Positions 28,016-37,879 of a DNA stretch of 64,000 nt are shown here, in pieces; positions within the stretch are counted from its first letter, which is position 1; each line of letters opens with the position of its first letter. This DNA comes from Candidatus Latescibacterota bacterium. GTDB taxonomy: Bacteria > Latescibacterota > UBA2968 > UBA8231. Below the pieces are notes generated by a model. The model did not search any database, was not told where the DNA came from, and saw nothing but the letters and a program-made list of their open reading frames with translations. The stretch spans positions 256,001 through 320,000 of the forward strand of contig CBDCSU010000006.1 in NCBI GenBank assembly GCA_965221775.1, in the 5' to 3' direction. Position numbers and translations under genes: made by a program.

Positions 28016-30372
28016 GGGGCCCTGTTCCTTTCGGAGAAGAACGCCGTCAGGCGCCCGACGAAGGCTTCCCGCTCATCGGGAGTCATGAACATGGTGTACC
28101 CCCCCACGCTGTTTTCCAGCTGCAGATAGCTGACCAGGTACTCGTACACCGCGCTGGCCTCCGCCTGGCTGGCGGAGAGGGAGGCCCGCTGCGCATCCAC
28201 CAGCTGGGCGATACCCGGCAGGCCCTTCTCGTAGGCATCCTGCACCAGCTCGAAGTTCTTGCGGGCGCTGGCCGCGGCCACTTGGGCGAAGTGTATGTTG
28301 GTGCCCCTCGAAACCAGGTTCGTCATGCGCACCCGGACAGCCTGGGAGAGCTGTTGCCGCAGGCTCTCCTCCTGAAGGCGGAGCTGCCGCTGCTGGATCG
28401 CCGTCTGGTCGACGGCCACCTTGCGCTGGTTTCCCTGGAACAGGGGATAGGTGAAGTGGAGGGCGAGGTTCCAGGTCCCATCGAGGGGAGCCGCCGAAGC
28501 GGGCGGCATCCCCTTGCCGTCGCGCCAGAAGGTGTGGTCGGCCTGCCCCCGCAAGGCCACCGAAGGCAGGTAGTACTGCCGGTAGGTCATCCGCTGCCGG
28601 CGCTCGGCCGCTTTCATGTTGGCCTCGAGTTGCTTCAGAGAAGGCATGTTCCCGAGGGCCTCTTCGACGAGGAAGTCGGTCAGGATCTCCACGTCTCCCG
28701 CGCGGCGGATCAGATCTCCCATACGTGTCGGGTCGAGGCCGTCGAAGAGATCGTCGGAAAGACTGGCATCCTCCACCTCGAACTCCTCGGCCATGTCCGC
28801 CCGGTTCAGCAGCCGGTTGAGCTGCACCTTGGCCAGGTACAGGTTGTTGAAAGCCTGGATGGAGGACTGGGTCGCCCGGGCGACTTCGCTCTCCCAGCGG
28901 TACACGTCGGCGACGCCGGCATAGCCGACGGCATGGCGGGTGCGGGCGATCTTCAGGTTGCGGCGCGAGGCTTCGAGGTTCTCGTCCTGGACCCGCCCCG
29001 CCGTCTTTGCCAGCAGGATGTCGAAGTAGGCGGTCGCCAGGTTCAGCACCACGTCGAGCGCCACCAGGTCGGCCCGATGGCGGGCGGCCTCGGCGAGGTA
29101 CCGCTGGATCTGTACGTTGGCCAGGGCCGGCTCGGAGAACAGCACCTGCTGCACGGTACCGGTGCCCTTTCCGGTTCGCTCCGGCTGCTGGCCGAGAGCG
29201 CGGTCCGCCGCCTCCGGGTCGATCTGCAGCAGGGTGGCCGAGGTTTCCACGGTGGGAAGCAGGGACGACCTGGCCTGGCGCATGTCCTGGGCGGCCAGAT
29301 CGATATTGCTCCTTTCGATGCGCAGGTCGAGATTGCTCCGCAACCCCTCCGCGATGACCTCCCGCAAACTCAAGCGACGGTCCGCAGCCGGTTCGTCCGC
29401 CTTGAGGAAGCGGGCGGAAAACAGTGTTTCGAAAGAGAGGTCGAGGCCGATCTTGCGGACCGTTGCCGCGTTCAGCACCCACTGGTCGTCGAGGTTGCGC
29501 TGCACGGGCATCGCCGCCAGTTCCTCCCCGAGGGCGACTCCTTCGACGATCAGGGCGAGGCTGCGGACGATCTGGTCCCGGCCGTCCTGGTCGCCCATAC
29601 AGGCCATGATCCCCGCATCCACATGAGACCGGCTCATGGCAAAGGAAGGCAGCTTGCGCCCGGCAAGGGCCGCGGCCAGGGTGGCGACCTCCTCGGGACT
29701 GCGCTCGAACACCATCGTCAGGTATGCCGCGTCGACTGAATCGGCCAGCGCCGGCAGGGGGGTTTCCGGTCCCCAGTAGACCAGCTCCACCTCGGCTCCC
29801 AGAGGGGCGGCGAGACGTTGGAAGAAACCGTCGAAATCCAGCCGGTCTCTCAGGTTCTCGCTGACGATGACGGCCAGATGGGAGAAAGGATGGATGCGGT
29901 GGAAGGCCTCCAGGTCCTCTTCGATCGGATGGGTACCGAGGACATAGGTGAAGTTGGGCACCCCGGATACGCCGGGCTCGGCCAGCGGCATCCGCTGCAG
30001 CTCCACATCGAGGACCCCCACGGCGATCGTCGGCTTGGGCAGATCGCCCAGGGCGGCGAGCATCGCCGCACTCGCCGGTCCCACGGCGATGACCAGATCG
30101 ACGGCGGGGTCGTTCGCAAGGGACAGGTAGTCCGCGCGCTCCGCCCCGAAACGCAGGTGCTCGGGCAGGAAGTGAACCGACCGGCCGGCCCCCAGCACCT
30201 TGTGGATCTCCACCCTGAGAAAGTCCAGATCGCTGCCGGAATCGGTGTCACGGGGCGCGGTATCAAGCAGCAGACCGATGTGGAGATCGCTGTCCTGACT
30301 CTGCGCGCGCGCCGGCTGCAGCGCCAGCGCCAGACCGATTGCCAGAACCGCGTATATCGCTGTTCTCAGCAT
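28012..30372 (-). CDS. TolC-family outer-membrane efflux protein with an extra N-terminal substrate-binding-like domain
   Basis: 786 aa. Signal peptide, then ~320 aa alpha/beta region (DLVIAVG, DAAYL, KLPSF, WVLNAATVRKIGL), then OEP repeats from LSLREVIAEGLRSN to AVYEYLVSYLQLENSVG. Confidence 0.9.
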   Translation of the reverse strand: MLRTAIYAVLAIGLALALQPARAQSQDSDLHIGLLLDTAPRDTDSGSDLDFLRVEIHKVLGAGRSVHFLPEHLRFGAERADYLSLANDPAVDLVIAVGPASAAMLAALGDLPKPTIAVGVLDVELQRMPLAEPGVSGVPNFTYVLGTHPIEEDLEAFHRIHPFSHLAVIVSENLRDRLDFDGFFQRLAAPLGAEVELVYWGPETPLPALADSVDAAYLTMVFERSPEEVATLAAALAGRKLPSFAMSRSHVDAGIMACMGDQDGRDQIVRSLALIVEGVALGEELAAMPVQRNLDDQWVLNAATVRKIGLDLSFETLFSARFLKADEPAADRRLSLREVIAEGLRSNLDLRIERSNIDLAAQDMRQARSSLLPTVETSATLLQIDPEAADRALGQQPERTGKGTGTVQQVLFSEPALANVQIQRYLAEAARHRADLVALDVVLNLATAYFDILLAKTAGRVQDENLEASRRNLKIARTRHAVGYAGVADVYRWESEVARATQSSIQAFNNLYLAKVQLNRLLNRADMAEEFEVEDASLSDDLFDGLDPTRMGDLIRRAGDVEILTDFLVEEALGNMPSLKQLEANMKAAERRQRMTYRQYYLPSVALRGQADHTFWRDGKGMPPASAAPLDGTWNLALHFTYPLFQGNQRKVAVDQTAIQQRQLRLQEESLRQQLSQAVRVRMTNLVSRGTNIHFAQVAAASARKNFELVQDAYEKGLPGIAQLVDAQRASLSASQAEASAVYEYLVSYLQLENSVGGYTMFMTPDEREAFVGRLTAFFSERNRAP

Positions 30373-30475
30373 CCAATCTCCAGAGACCCCGCTTCGTCGT
30401 CAGGGCGCGCGAGGCGCAGGCATTCCCACCTCTCCATCGGTGCGCGGGGTCGTGGTCCGGGTGAAGGCGCGAGAG

Positions 30476-30481
30476 TATAAT
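30476..30481 (+). promoter_or_regulatory. Putative sigma-70 -10 element for the Gfo/Idh/MocA-PhyH pair
   Basis: Perfect TATAAT in a GC-rich divergent intergenic region about 70 nt before ATG 30553. The -35 match is poor. Confidence 0.45.
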
Positions 30482-30552
30482 CATGCCCGCCACCGAAATC
30501 GACACGAGCCTTGGGACCGCCGCACATTCACACGGAGGAGGGGAGAGGGAGA

Positions 30553-31545
30553 ATGGTCAGGGTAGCCATGTTGAGCCGCTGGCATGTCCATGCCGATGAG
30601 TATGCCTCGCGCGTCAACGCCGAGGAGCGGGCGCAGGTGGCCGCCGTCTGGGATGAGGAGCCCGAACGCGGCCAGGGTTGGGCCGGCGAGCTGGGGGTCG
30701 ACTTCGAGGCCGATCTGGATCGCCTGCTGGCGCGGGACGACATCGACGCGGTGGCCGTCGACGCGCCCACCAACATGCATCCCGAGGTGATGATCCAGGC
30801 CGCGCGGGCCGGCAAGCACATCTTCACCGAGAAGGTCATGGCCACCACGGTGAGCGAGTGCCGGGCCATCGCCGACGCGGTGACCCGGGCGGGCGTCAAG
30901 TTCTGCATCTCCTTCCCCCGGCGCGGGCTGCCCGAGGTCCAGCTCGCCGGGCAGCTGATTGCGGGCGGGCACCTGGGACAGATCACCCTGCTGCGCATCC
31001 GGGTCGCCCACGGCGGTGCGACGGCCGGCTGGCTGCCGCCGCACTTCTACGATCCCGTCGCCTGCGGCGGCGGCGCGATGATCGATCTGGGGGCCCACGG
31101 CATGTACATCGCGCGCGGCCTGCTGGGCGAACCACGGCAGATCACCTCCGCCTTCAACCACATCACGGGGCGCGCCGTGGAGGACAACACCCTGTCGGTG
31201 ATCACCTTCGAGAGTCAGGCGATCGCCATCAACGAGACCAGCTTCGTGCAGCACGGCGGGGTCTTCTACCTGGAGATCAACGGGACCGAGGGCACCTACG
31301 TCACCGGCGGGCCGGAGGAGAAGACGCGCGTTCAGGCCCCGAAGTGGTCCGGCCGCGACGACTGGGTGGAGCCGGAGGAGTTGCCCGAACCGCTGGTGCA
31401 TCCGGTGACCCAGTGGATCAACGCCATCGTCGAGGACAGCCCCATCGACTACGGCCTCACCGAGGGCATTCAGCTCACCGAGCTGATGGAAGGCGCCTAC
31501 CGCGCCCATCGCGAAGGGCGAACCGTCAGCTACCCGCTGGACTGA
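30553..31545 (+). CDS. Gfo/Idh/MocA family oxidoreductase
   Basis: AGKHIFTEK, GGGAMIDLGAH. Purine-rich RBS before ATG 30553. Confidence 0.93.
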   Translation: MVRVAMLSRWHVHADEYASRVNAEERAQVAAVWDEEPERGQGWAGELGVDFEADLDRLLARDDIDAVAVDAPTNMHPEVMIQAARAGKHIFTEKVMATTVSECRAIADAVTRAGVKFCISFPRRGLPEVQLAGQLIAGGHLGQITLLRIRVAHGGATAGWLPPHFYDPVACGGGAMIDLGAHGMYIARGLLGEPRQITSAFNHITGRAVEDNTLSVITFESQAIAINETSFVQHGGVFYLEINGTEGTYVTGGPEEKTRVQAPKWSGRDDWVEPEELPEPLVHPVTQWINAIVEDSPIDYGLTEGIQLTELMEGAYRAHREGRTVSYPLD

Positions 31546-31559
31546 GGAGTCAGGCACCC

Positions 31560-32384
31560 ATGGAGATCGCGCTCAGCACGGAGGAACGCTCGGCGGAAGC
31601 CCTGTCGCCGGCGCACCTCGACCAGGCGGTGGCCGCGGTTCGCAACGACGGATTCGTGGTCCTCGAGGACATCATCGCCCACGACCTCCTGGACCAGCTT
31701 CGGGAACGGATGGACCAGGACTCCCAGCGGCTCATCGCCGCCGAACGCTGGGGCGGCGCCGGGGGGCTCCCCGGACACCTGCAGCAGGGGCCGCCGCCCT
31801 TCGCGCCCTTCGTCCACCGCGACATCGTGGCCAACCCCTTCGTGATCCAGGTGAGCCACGCCCTGCTCGGCGATGGCCTCTTCAACAACTTCTACAGTGG
31901 CAACAGCAACTGTCCCGGAAGCGGGACCCAACCGCTGCACCGGGATTCCGATCACCTCTGGCCTGGGCTCGAGCAGGCTCACCCGGCGGCGCAGGTGGTG
32001 GTCAACGTCTCACCCCACGACGTGTGCGAGGAGAACGGCAGTGTCGAGCTGTGGCCCGGCACTCATCGGATAGCTGATGTCGGGTCCGTGATCGACGCCG
32101 AGACCGAAGCGGCGAGGCGCGCCGTGGTGCCGCCGGTGCGCGGCAACGCCCGCAAGGGCAGCGTGCTGATCCGGGACATGCGGCTCTGGCACCGCGGCGT
32201 GCCCAACCGGTCCGACCGCCCGCGCCACATGATCGCCATGATCCACAACATCCGCTGGTTCCACCGGAGCCGCGTCGTGACCTTCGCCCGCGGCTGCGAG
32301 TCCGCCTTCCCCGACTGCGCCCTGGACCACAACGCCGTCTTCAGCGACGAGCCGATCGACTACCTGTCTCTGGGGACGGGGTAG
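31560..32384 (+). CDS. PhyH-family dioxygenase (KanJ-like)
   Basis: ATG 31560 after GAGGAG. QPLHRD, NGSVELWPGTH, LWHRGVPN...PRHM. Confidence 0.9.
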   Translation: MEIALSTEERSAEALSPAHLDQAVAAVRNDGFVVLEDIIAHDLLDQLRERMDQDSQRLIAAERWGGAGGLPGHLQQGPPPFAPFVHRDIVANPFVIQVSHALLGDGLFNNFYSGNSNCPGSGTQPLHRDSDHLWPGLEQAHPAAQVVVNVSPHDVCEENGSVELWPGTHRIADVGSVIDAETEAARRAVVPPVRGNARKGSVLIRDMRLWHRGVPNRSDRPRHMIAMIHNIRWFHRSRVVTFARGCESAFPDCALDHNAVFSDEPIDYLSLGTG

Positions 32385-32390
32385 AGCCCC

Positions 32391-33158
32391 TCAGGCTTCG
32401 TACATCACCGGGCAGATCCGGGGGTCGTCGAGGTGGGCGGTGTAGTATCCCTGGTCGCCGGGCACCGGCACGGCCCGCTCGTCGCGCAGATGCACGGCCA
32501 GGCTGCAACGGGCCGAATTCGAGAGATTGGCGTTGGAGCCGTGGTAGGTCAGGCAGTGGTGGACGCTGAGCCCGCCCATGGGCATCAGCGCCGGCACTTC
32601 CTCCCATGTCTGGCCCGCGGGCACGGTGATCTCCTCGCGCAGCTTGTGCTGGTCCTTGTCGAAGAAGTTCCCCCGGTCGAGGAACCCCCAGCGGTGGGAC
32701 CCGCGCACGAAGAGCATCGGCCCCGACGCCGCGCCTACCCCGCCCAGGGCGATCCACGCCGTGAACAGCCCTTCGGCCTGCTGCCACATGCGCCAGTACT
32801 GCCGGTCCTGATGCCAGCCGACATTCCCGGCCGACGCAGACCCCGGCGGCTTGATCAGCAACTGGCTCGCCCACACCTGCACCCGCCGTGAGCCCGTCAT
32901 CCCGGCGACCTCACGTCCCACCTGGGGACAGGTCACCAGTCCGTACAGCCCCGTATCCGACCGGTGCGGATTGTTGATCTTGCACAAGAGCCGCGGATCG
33001 TAGCCGGGATGCTCGGTGGGCGGCAGCCCCGTGTCGAAGGATCCGTCGCGCACCGCCGCCATCCCCCGCAGCGCCTTCTTCAGCACATCGTCCGGGGGAA
33101 CCTGCTCGTCCGCGATGCAGTACCCGTCGCGCTCGTACTGCTCGACCGCTTGTTCCAT
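32391..33158 (-). CDS. PhyH-family dioxygenase
   Basis: WHQD, GPMLFVRGSH, TYHGSNAN...RCS. Confidence 0.9.
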   Translation of the reverse strand: MEQAVEQYERDGYCIADEQVPPDDVLKKALRGMAAVRDGSFDTGLPPTEHPGYDPRLLCKINNPHRSDTGLYGLVTCPQVGREVAGMTGSRRVQVWASQLLIKPPGSASAGNVGWHQDRQYWRMWQQAEGLFTAWIALGGVGAASGPMLFVRGSHRWGFLDRGNFFDKDQHKLREEITVPAGQTWEEVPALMPMGGLSVHHCLTYHGSNANLSNSARCSLAVHLRDERAVPVPGDQGYYTAHLDDPRICPVMYEA

Positions 33159-33257
33159 CTGTCTCTCCGAGCCCCCGGGCCGCGACTCCGGTTCGCCTTG
33201 CGGCTGTGGAGGGCTGCCGCGCGCGTTGCTTCCCGGGGCGAAGGGCGCTGTTGAGCC

Positions 33258-33677
33258 CTACGCGCCCGGGCCCGACGAACCGGCACCCCCCACCGGCCAG
33301 CAACCCTCCACGGCGCAGGCCTCCTCCGCCCCCGGCCAGGGCGGCATGGTGACGATGGCGATCTTCAGCGGCCGGTCGCCCACCGTCCGGAACTGGAAGT
33401 GGGCGCCCACGGGGATCGACAGGCTGGCCCCGGCGGAGACGTCGACGATCCGCTCCTCCTCGCCGAGGCGGCGCCACACCTGGCCCGCGCCGTCGAGGAC
33501 GTACCACAACTCCTCGACGGTGCGGTGGGCCACGGGCCGGGAGACCTGCCCGGGGTGCAGGGTGCAGTGGACCATGCTGCCGCGGCGGCTGCGGGCCAGC
33601 AGCCGGATCTCCGAGCCGTCCGGCGCCAGGACATCGTAGTCCCCCGCAGGCCGTTGGTAGTCCAGGGCCTGGCTCAT
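33258..33677 (-). CDS. Cupin-domain protein
   Basis: ATG 33677. APDGSEIRLL, HRTVEELWYVLDG, IPVGAHFQFR, TMPPWPG. Confidence 0.85.
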   Translation of the reverse strand: MSQALDYQRPAGDYDVLAPDGSEIRLLARSRRGSMVHCTLHPGQVSRPVAHRTVEELWYVLDGAGQVWRRLGEEERIVDVSAGASLSIPVGAHFQFRTVGDRPLKIAIVTMPPWPGAEEACAVEGCWPVGGAGSSGPGA

Positions 33678-33700
33678 GGGGGAACCTGTGCTCACCGCGG

Positions 33701-35437
33701 TCAGGCGGTGAAGAAGGCGACCACGGTCCAGCAGACCGCCGCGAGGACGGCGGCCATCGAGGCCTGGGGGATCTGCGTCTTCACGTGGTCCATGAGGTCG
33801 CAGCCCGTGCACATCGAGCTGAGCACGGTGGTGTCGGAGATCGGCGAGCACTGGTCGCCGTAGACGCTGCCGTCCATGACCGCGGCGAAGCACAGGGTCA
33901 TGAACAGCTCGGGATGGGCCAGGCCGTGGGCGCCGGCCACCGCCCAGGCCAGGGGCATGGCCAGGGGGAAGGCGACGGCGTAGGTGCCCCAGCTCGTGCC
34001 CGTGGAGAAGGCGATGACGATGGTGATGACCTGCAGCAGGACGGGCAGCAGGAAGTAGGGAATCGCCGCGCCGAGCTGCTCGACGAGGAAGACGCCGCCC
34101 CCCGTCTCCTTGCTGATGCCGCCGATGGTGATGGCCAGCAGCAGGATCACCGAACCGAGGACCACCCCCTTGAGGCCGTCGTGGAAGCCGGAGACCAGGT
34201 CCTTCAGCGACATGCCCTTGGCCAGGGCCATGCCGGCGGCCAGCAGCAGGGCGAAGCCGAAGGCCCACTGCACGTTCGGCGACCCGGAGGCGATGAAGGT
34301 GCCCACGGCGATGGCGATGAGCGAGCCCAGGGGCAGGAAGAACTCGAGGATGTGCGGCTTGTAGCCCTCGGGAACGTTGCTCCCCTGCAGCTCCTTGGCG
34401 CTAAGGGGGGCGGCCCCCTCGGCGTCCAGCTGGCCGGTCTCGCGGGAGCGCTCCATGGCCGCCCGCAGCCGCCCGCCGAGGAAGTAGGGCTTCTCGATGC
34501 TGAGGAGGAACGTCCCCAGGACCGCGAAGATGGCGTAGAAGCAGAAGGGAACGCTATCGAAGAAGAAGTTCATCCTGTCGCTCTCGGTGGCCAGGAAGCT
34601 GACGCCGGAGACGAAGATGAAGGCCTGCACGTACCCGGGCCAGGCGTTGAAGGCGAGCTGGGAGGCGATGGGAGAGGCGGTGGAGTCGACGATGTAGGCC
34701 AGCTCCTCGTGGCTGACCTTCTCCTTGTCGGCGATCGGCTTGACCGTGGTGCCCACGAGGACGGTGCTCACCGTGCCCCCCTGGAAGAACACGACGCCGA
34801 GCATCCAGGCCACCAGCTTGGCGCTGCGGGGGCCGCGGACGAAGCGCACGGTCATGAACTCGGCGAAGGCCTGGGCCGCGCCGGTGCGCGACCAGATGCC
34901 CATGAGGCCGCCCAGGAGCCACAGGTAGAGGAGCAGGACCCCGGCGGCGTTGGTCGAGGCCAGGGAGGGGATGAGCACGTCCCCGGTGAAGTCGTAGCGG
35001 GTCAGCAGCAGGGCGCCGGCGACGATGCCTCCCAGCAGGGAGGGCACCGGCTCCCGGGTGAGCCAGCACAGGAGCACGGCCACCACCGCGGGCAGCAGGG
35101 ACCAGAAGCCCCAGTGGTGCTTGGCGATGAGCTGGTAGTAGAGGGTCCGGGCCTCGCCACCGATCAAGGTCTCGACATAGGCGAACTCCTCCATGACCGC
35201 GGGCTCCTCGTTCGAGCCCTCGATCCGGTCGGGATTGAGCACGGCCTGCTTGATGGGGACGGCCTCGAAGTGGACGGGCTTCTTCTTGTAGATGTAGTAG
35301 AGCCGGCCGTCGGCGTCGGTCTGGACGTCCAGGGCCACCTGCTCCACGGTCCAGGTGGGAGGCACGTTGGCGCCGACGATCCAGGACACGATCAGGGCGG
35401 CGGCGAAGATGATGAATTTGCGCTGGCCGGGGGTCAT
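33701..35437 (-). CDS. Na+/H+ antiporter NhaC-family (amino-acid-transporter-like) membrane protein
   Basis: ATG 35437. [53 protein letters not shown]. Confidence 0.9.
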   Translation of the reverse strand: MTPGQRKFIIFAAALIVSWIVGANVPPTWTVEQVALDVQTDADGRLYYIYKKKPVHFEAVPIKQAVLNPDRIEGSNEEPAVMEEFAYVETLIGGEARTLYYQLIAKHHWGFWSLLPAVVAVLLCWLTREPVPSLLGGIVAGALLLTRYDFTGDVLIPSLASTNAAGVLLLYLWLLGGLMGIWSRTGAAQAFAEFMTVRFVRGPRSAKLVAWMLGVVFFQGGTVSTVLVGTTVKPIADKEKVSHEELAYIVDSTASPIASQLAFNAWPGYVQAFIFVSGVSFLATESDRMNFFFDSVPFCFYAIFAVLGTFLLSIEKPYFLGGRLRAAMERSRETGQLDAEGAAPLSAKELQGSNVPEGYKPHILEFFLPLGSLIAIAVGTFIASGSPNVQWAFGFALLLAAGMALAKGMSLKDLVSGFHDGLKGVVLGSVILLLAITIGGISKETGGGVFLVEQLGAAIPYFLLPVLLQVITIVIAFSTGTSWGTYAVAFPLAMPLAWAVAGAHGLAHPELFMTLCFAAVMDGSVYGDQCSPISDTTVLSSMCTGCDLMDHVKTQIPQASMAAVLAAVCWTVVAFFTA

Positions 35438-35601
35438 GTGGGGTCTCCAGAGGAAGGACGGAGCGCGGCGGAGGCATCGCCGGGGCTGCGGGCGAGCAAC
35501 CCTCGGGACCACGAAAGGGGCTGCATCTGCGATGGTCAAGGGATTCCCGGCGGCGGCGCCAAGGTGGCGCCGTATCTTTCGGTCCACCCCGGAAGCATGC
35601 C

Positions 35602-36768
35602 ATGCACACCACTCTGTACATCTCCTGTCTCCTTCTCCTCGCGGCGGCGATGCCCGGCTGCGACCGGGACCGAGACAAGTCGGCCGGCCCGGAGAGCACG
35701 GTCAAGGTCGGCTTCCTCGTTTCGGGCGATCGCGCCTCGTACGCGGACGCCGCCGGCATCGCGGTGGACGAGATCAACGACGGCGGGGGCCTGCTCGGCC
35801 GGTCCCTGGAGCTCGTCATCCGGTCAGGGATCGAGGAGCCTTCGGTCTCCGTCGAGACCGCGGAGCAGATGATCGTCGACGACGAGGTGATCGCCCTCAT
35901 CGGGCCCAATCGCTCCTCCCACGCCTTGGTCGTGGGCGAGACGGCGCAGCGCCACGGGCGGCCCATGATCACCACCTCCGCCACCAACCCGGATGTGACC
36001 CGGGCCGGCGGCTTCGTCTTCATGGCCGCCTTCACCGATCTCTTCCAGGGGGGCGTCATGGCCCGTTTCGCCCGCGAGGAGCTGGGCCTGGAGGGCGTCG
36101 CCGTGCTGACCCTGCGCGGCGAGGTCTACACCGAGGGGATCTCCGAGATCTTCGTCTCCGGGTTCCGCGGTTCCGGCGGGACGGTGGTTGCGGAGGTGCT
36201 CTTCGACCGGGGAGAGACCGACTTCGGCGAACCCCTGGGCCGCCTGGCCGCGGCGGGGGCGGGAGCTCTCTTCATCTCCGGGTTCGTGGAGGAGATCGCC
36301 CTCGTGACCCGGCAGGCCCGGTCCCTGCCGCTGCTCGACCCGGCGGGCGAACCGGCGCTCTTCCTCGGCGCCGATTCCTGGGACAACCCGGACCTGCTGG
36401 CCCACCCGGCGGCCGAGCTGGAGGGCAGCTTCTTCAGCACCCACTTCTCGCCGGACACGGACGAGCCGGGGGCGCGCGCCTTCGTCGACGCGTACCGGTC
36501 CCGGTTCGGCGCCGCCCCCACCGGCGGGGACGCCGTGAACTACGACGCCGTGCGGCTGCTGGCCCAGGCGGTGGAGCGGGCCGGCCGCCTGGACCCGGAG
36601 GCGATCCGGGCGCAACTGGCCGCCACCGAGGACTATGCCGGGGCCACGCGGATCGCCGGGTACGACGACAACCGTCACCCCGCCAAGAGCGCCGTGATCA
36701 TGACCATCCGCGACGGGGAGAAGCTCTTCCACCGTCAGATCGACCCGCCTCCCGGCGGGCATCGATAG
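35602..36768 (+). CDS. LivK/LivJ-type periplasmic binding lipoprotein (orphan)
   Basis: Lipobox [46 protein letters not shown]. No adjacent ABC permease or ATPase. Confidence 0.9.
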   Translation: MHTTLYISCLLLLAAAMPGCDRDRDKSAGPESTVKVGFLVSGDRASYADAAGIAVDEINDGGGLLGRSLELVIRSGIEEPSVSVETAEQMIVDDEVIALIGPNRSSHALVVGETAQRHGRPMITTSATNPDVTRAGGFVFMAAFTDLFQGGVMARFAREELGLEGVAVLTLRGEVYTEGISEIFVSGFRGSGGTVVAEVLFDRGETDFGEPLGRLAAAGAGALFISGFVEEIALVTRQARSLPLLDPAGEPALFLGADSWDNPDLLAHPAAELEGSFFSTHFSPDTDEPGARAFVDAYRSRFGAAPTGGDAVNYDAVRLLAQAVERAGRLDPEAIRAQLAATEDYAGATRIAGYDDNRHPAKSAVIMTIRDGEKLFHRQIDPPPGGHR

Positions 36769-36790
36769 CCAGCCGAAGGAGACGGGAACC

Positions 36791-37879
36791 ATGCGCATCG
36801 AGAGGATCGAGACGATCGAGCTGGAGCTGCCCTGGGGTCCGCCAGGCAACGGCGCCTCCCGCACGTGGCCCGTCCATCGCGTGCACACGGACAACGGCCT
36901 CGTGGGCATCAGCCGCGGCGGCAGCCGCGACCTGATCGAGCGCCACCTGGCGCCACTCCTCGTCGGCGAGGACCCGCGCCGCACGGCGCGGCTGTGGCAG
37001 AGGATGTACGACGCCGCCTGGGGCTTCGGCGGCCCGGGGCGCGCCGCCATGAGCACCATCGGCGCCCTCGACGTGGCCCTCTGGGACCTCTACGGCAAGG
37101 CCTGCGGCGAGCCGGTGTGGCGGCTGCTGGGCGGCTGCCGCTCCCGGGTGCCGGTCTACGCCGACGGCATCGGCTATGCCGACGCCGACGCCGCCGAGGT
37201 GGCGGCACTGGTGGCGAAGCACGCCGCCCTGGGCTACGAGGCCGTCAAGTTCCACCTCACCTCACCGGAGCCGGAGATCGCCCTGGCCAAGGTCGAGGCG
37301 TCCCGGCAGGCCCTGGGCCCGGACCGCCGCCTGATGATCGACGTGCGCCGCCTGTGGGACGGGCATCTGGCGGCGCGCATGGCGCGGGCCTTCGCGCCGT
37401 ACGACCTCTACTGGATCGAGGAACCGACCCGCGGCGACGACGAGCCCGGCCAGCTGCGCATGGTGCGCGAGGCGGCCGGCCCCGCCCTGGTGGCCGGCGG
37501 CGAGGGGGAGGGCACGATCTACGGGACCCGCCGCCTCATCGTCGAGGGGGGCCTGCAGGTGGCGCAGAGCGACATCCTCATCGGCGGCGGGTTCACGGGG
37601 CTCATGCGCATCGCGGCCGTGGCCGAGTCGCACCACGCCCACGTGGCTCCCCACGGCGCCAGCTTCCCCGAGATCAACTGCCACCTCGTGGCGGCCGTGC
37701 CCAACGGCCTGATCATCCCCGCCTGCCCCCACACCGAGCCCTACCAGATCTGGTCGCGGCTCTACGACCCGCCCTTCGCGGTGACCGATGGAGAGGTGGA
37801 GATGACGGAGCGGCCCGGCCTCGGTCTCGACTTCGACGAGGCCTTCCTCGAGGAGTTCAGGACGTCGCCGGAGGCCTGA
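36791..37879 (+). CDS. Mandelate racemase / MLE family enzyme with atypical catalytic motifs
   Basis: IGALDVALWDLYGK, KFH, MIDV, WIEEP, GGEG, QSD, APHG, PGLGLD. Confidence 0.9.
   Translation: MRIERIETIELELPWGPPGNGASRTWPVHRVHTDNGLVGISRGGSRDLIERHLAPLLVGEDPRRTARLWQRMYDAAWGFGGPGRAAMSTIGALDVALWDLYGKACGEPVWRLLGGCRSRVPVYADGIGYADADAAEVAALVAKHAALGYEAVKFHLTSPEPEIALAKVEASRQALGPDRRLMIDVRRLWDGHLAARMARAFAPYDLYWIEEPTRGDDEPGQLRMVREAAGPALVAGGEGEGTIYGTRRLIVEGGLQVAQSDILIGGGFTGLMRIAAVAESHHAHVAPHGASFPEINCHLVAAVPNGLIIPACPHTEPYQIWSRLYDPPFAVTDGEVEMTERPGLGLDFDEAFLEEFRTSPEA

Noticed and set aside
35438-35601. Lysine or other riboswitch upstream of the NhaC-family gene
   Set aside because: No recognisable aptamer consensus, and the space is short and shared with a divergent gene.
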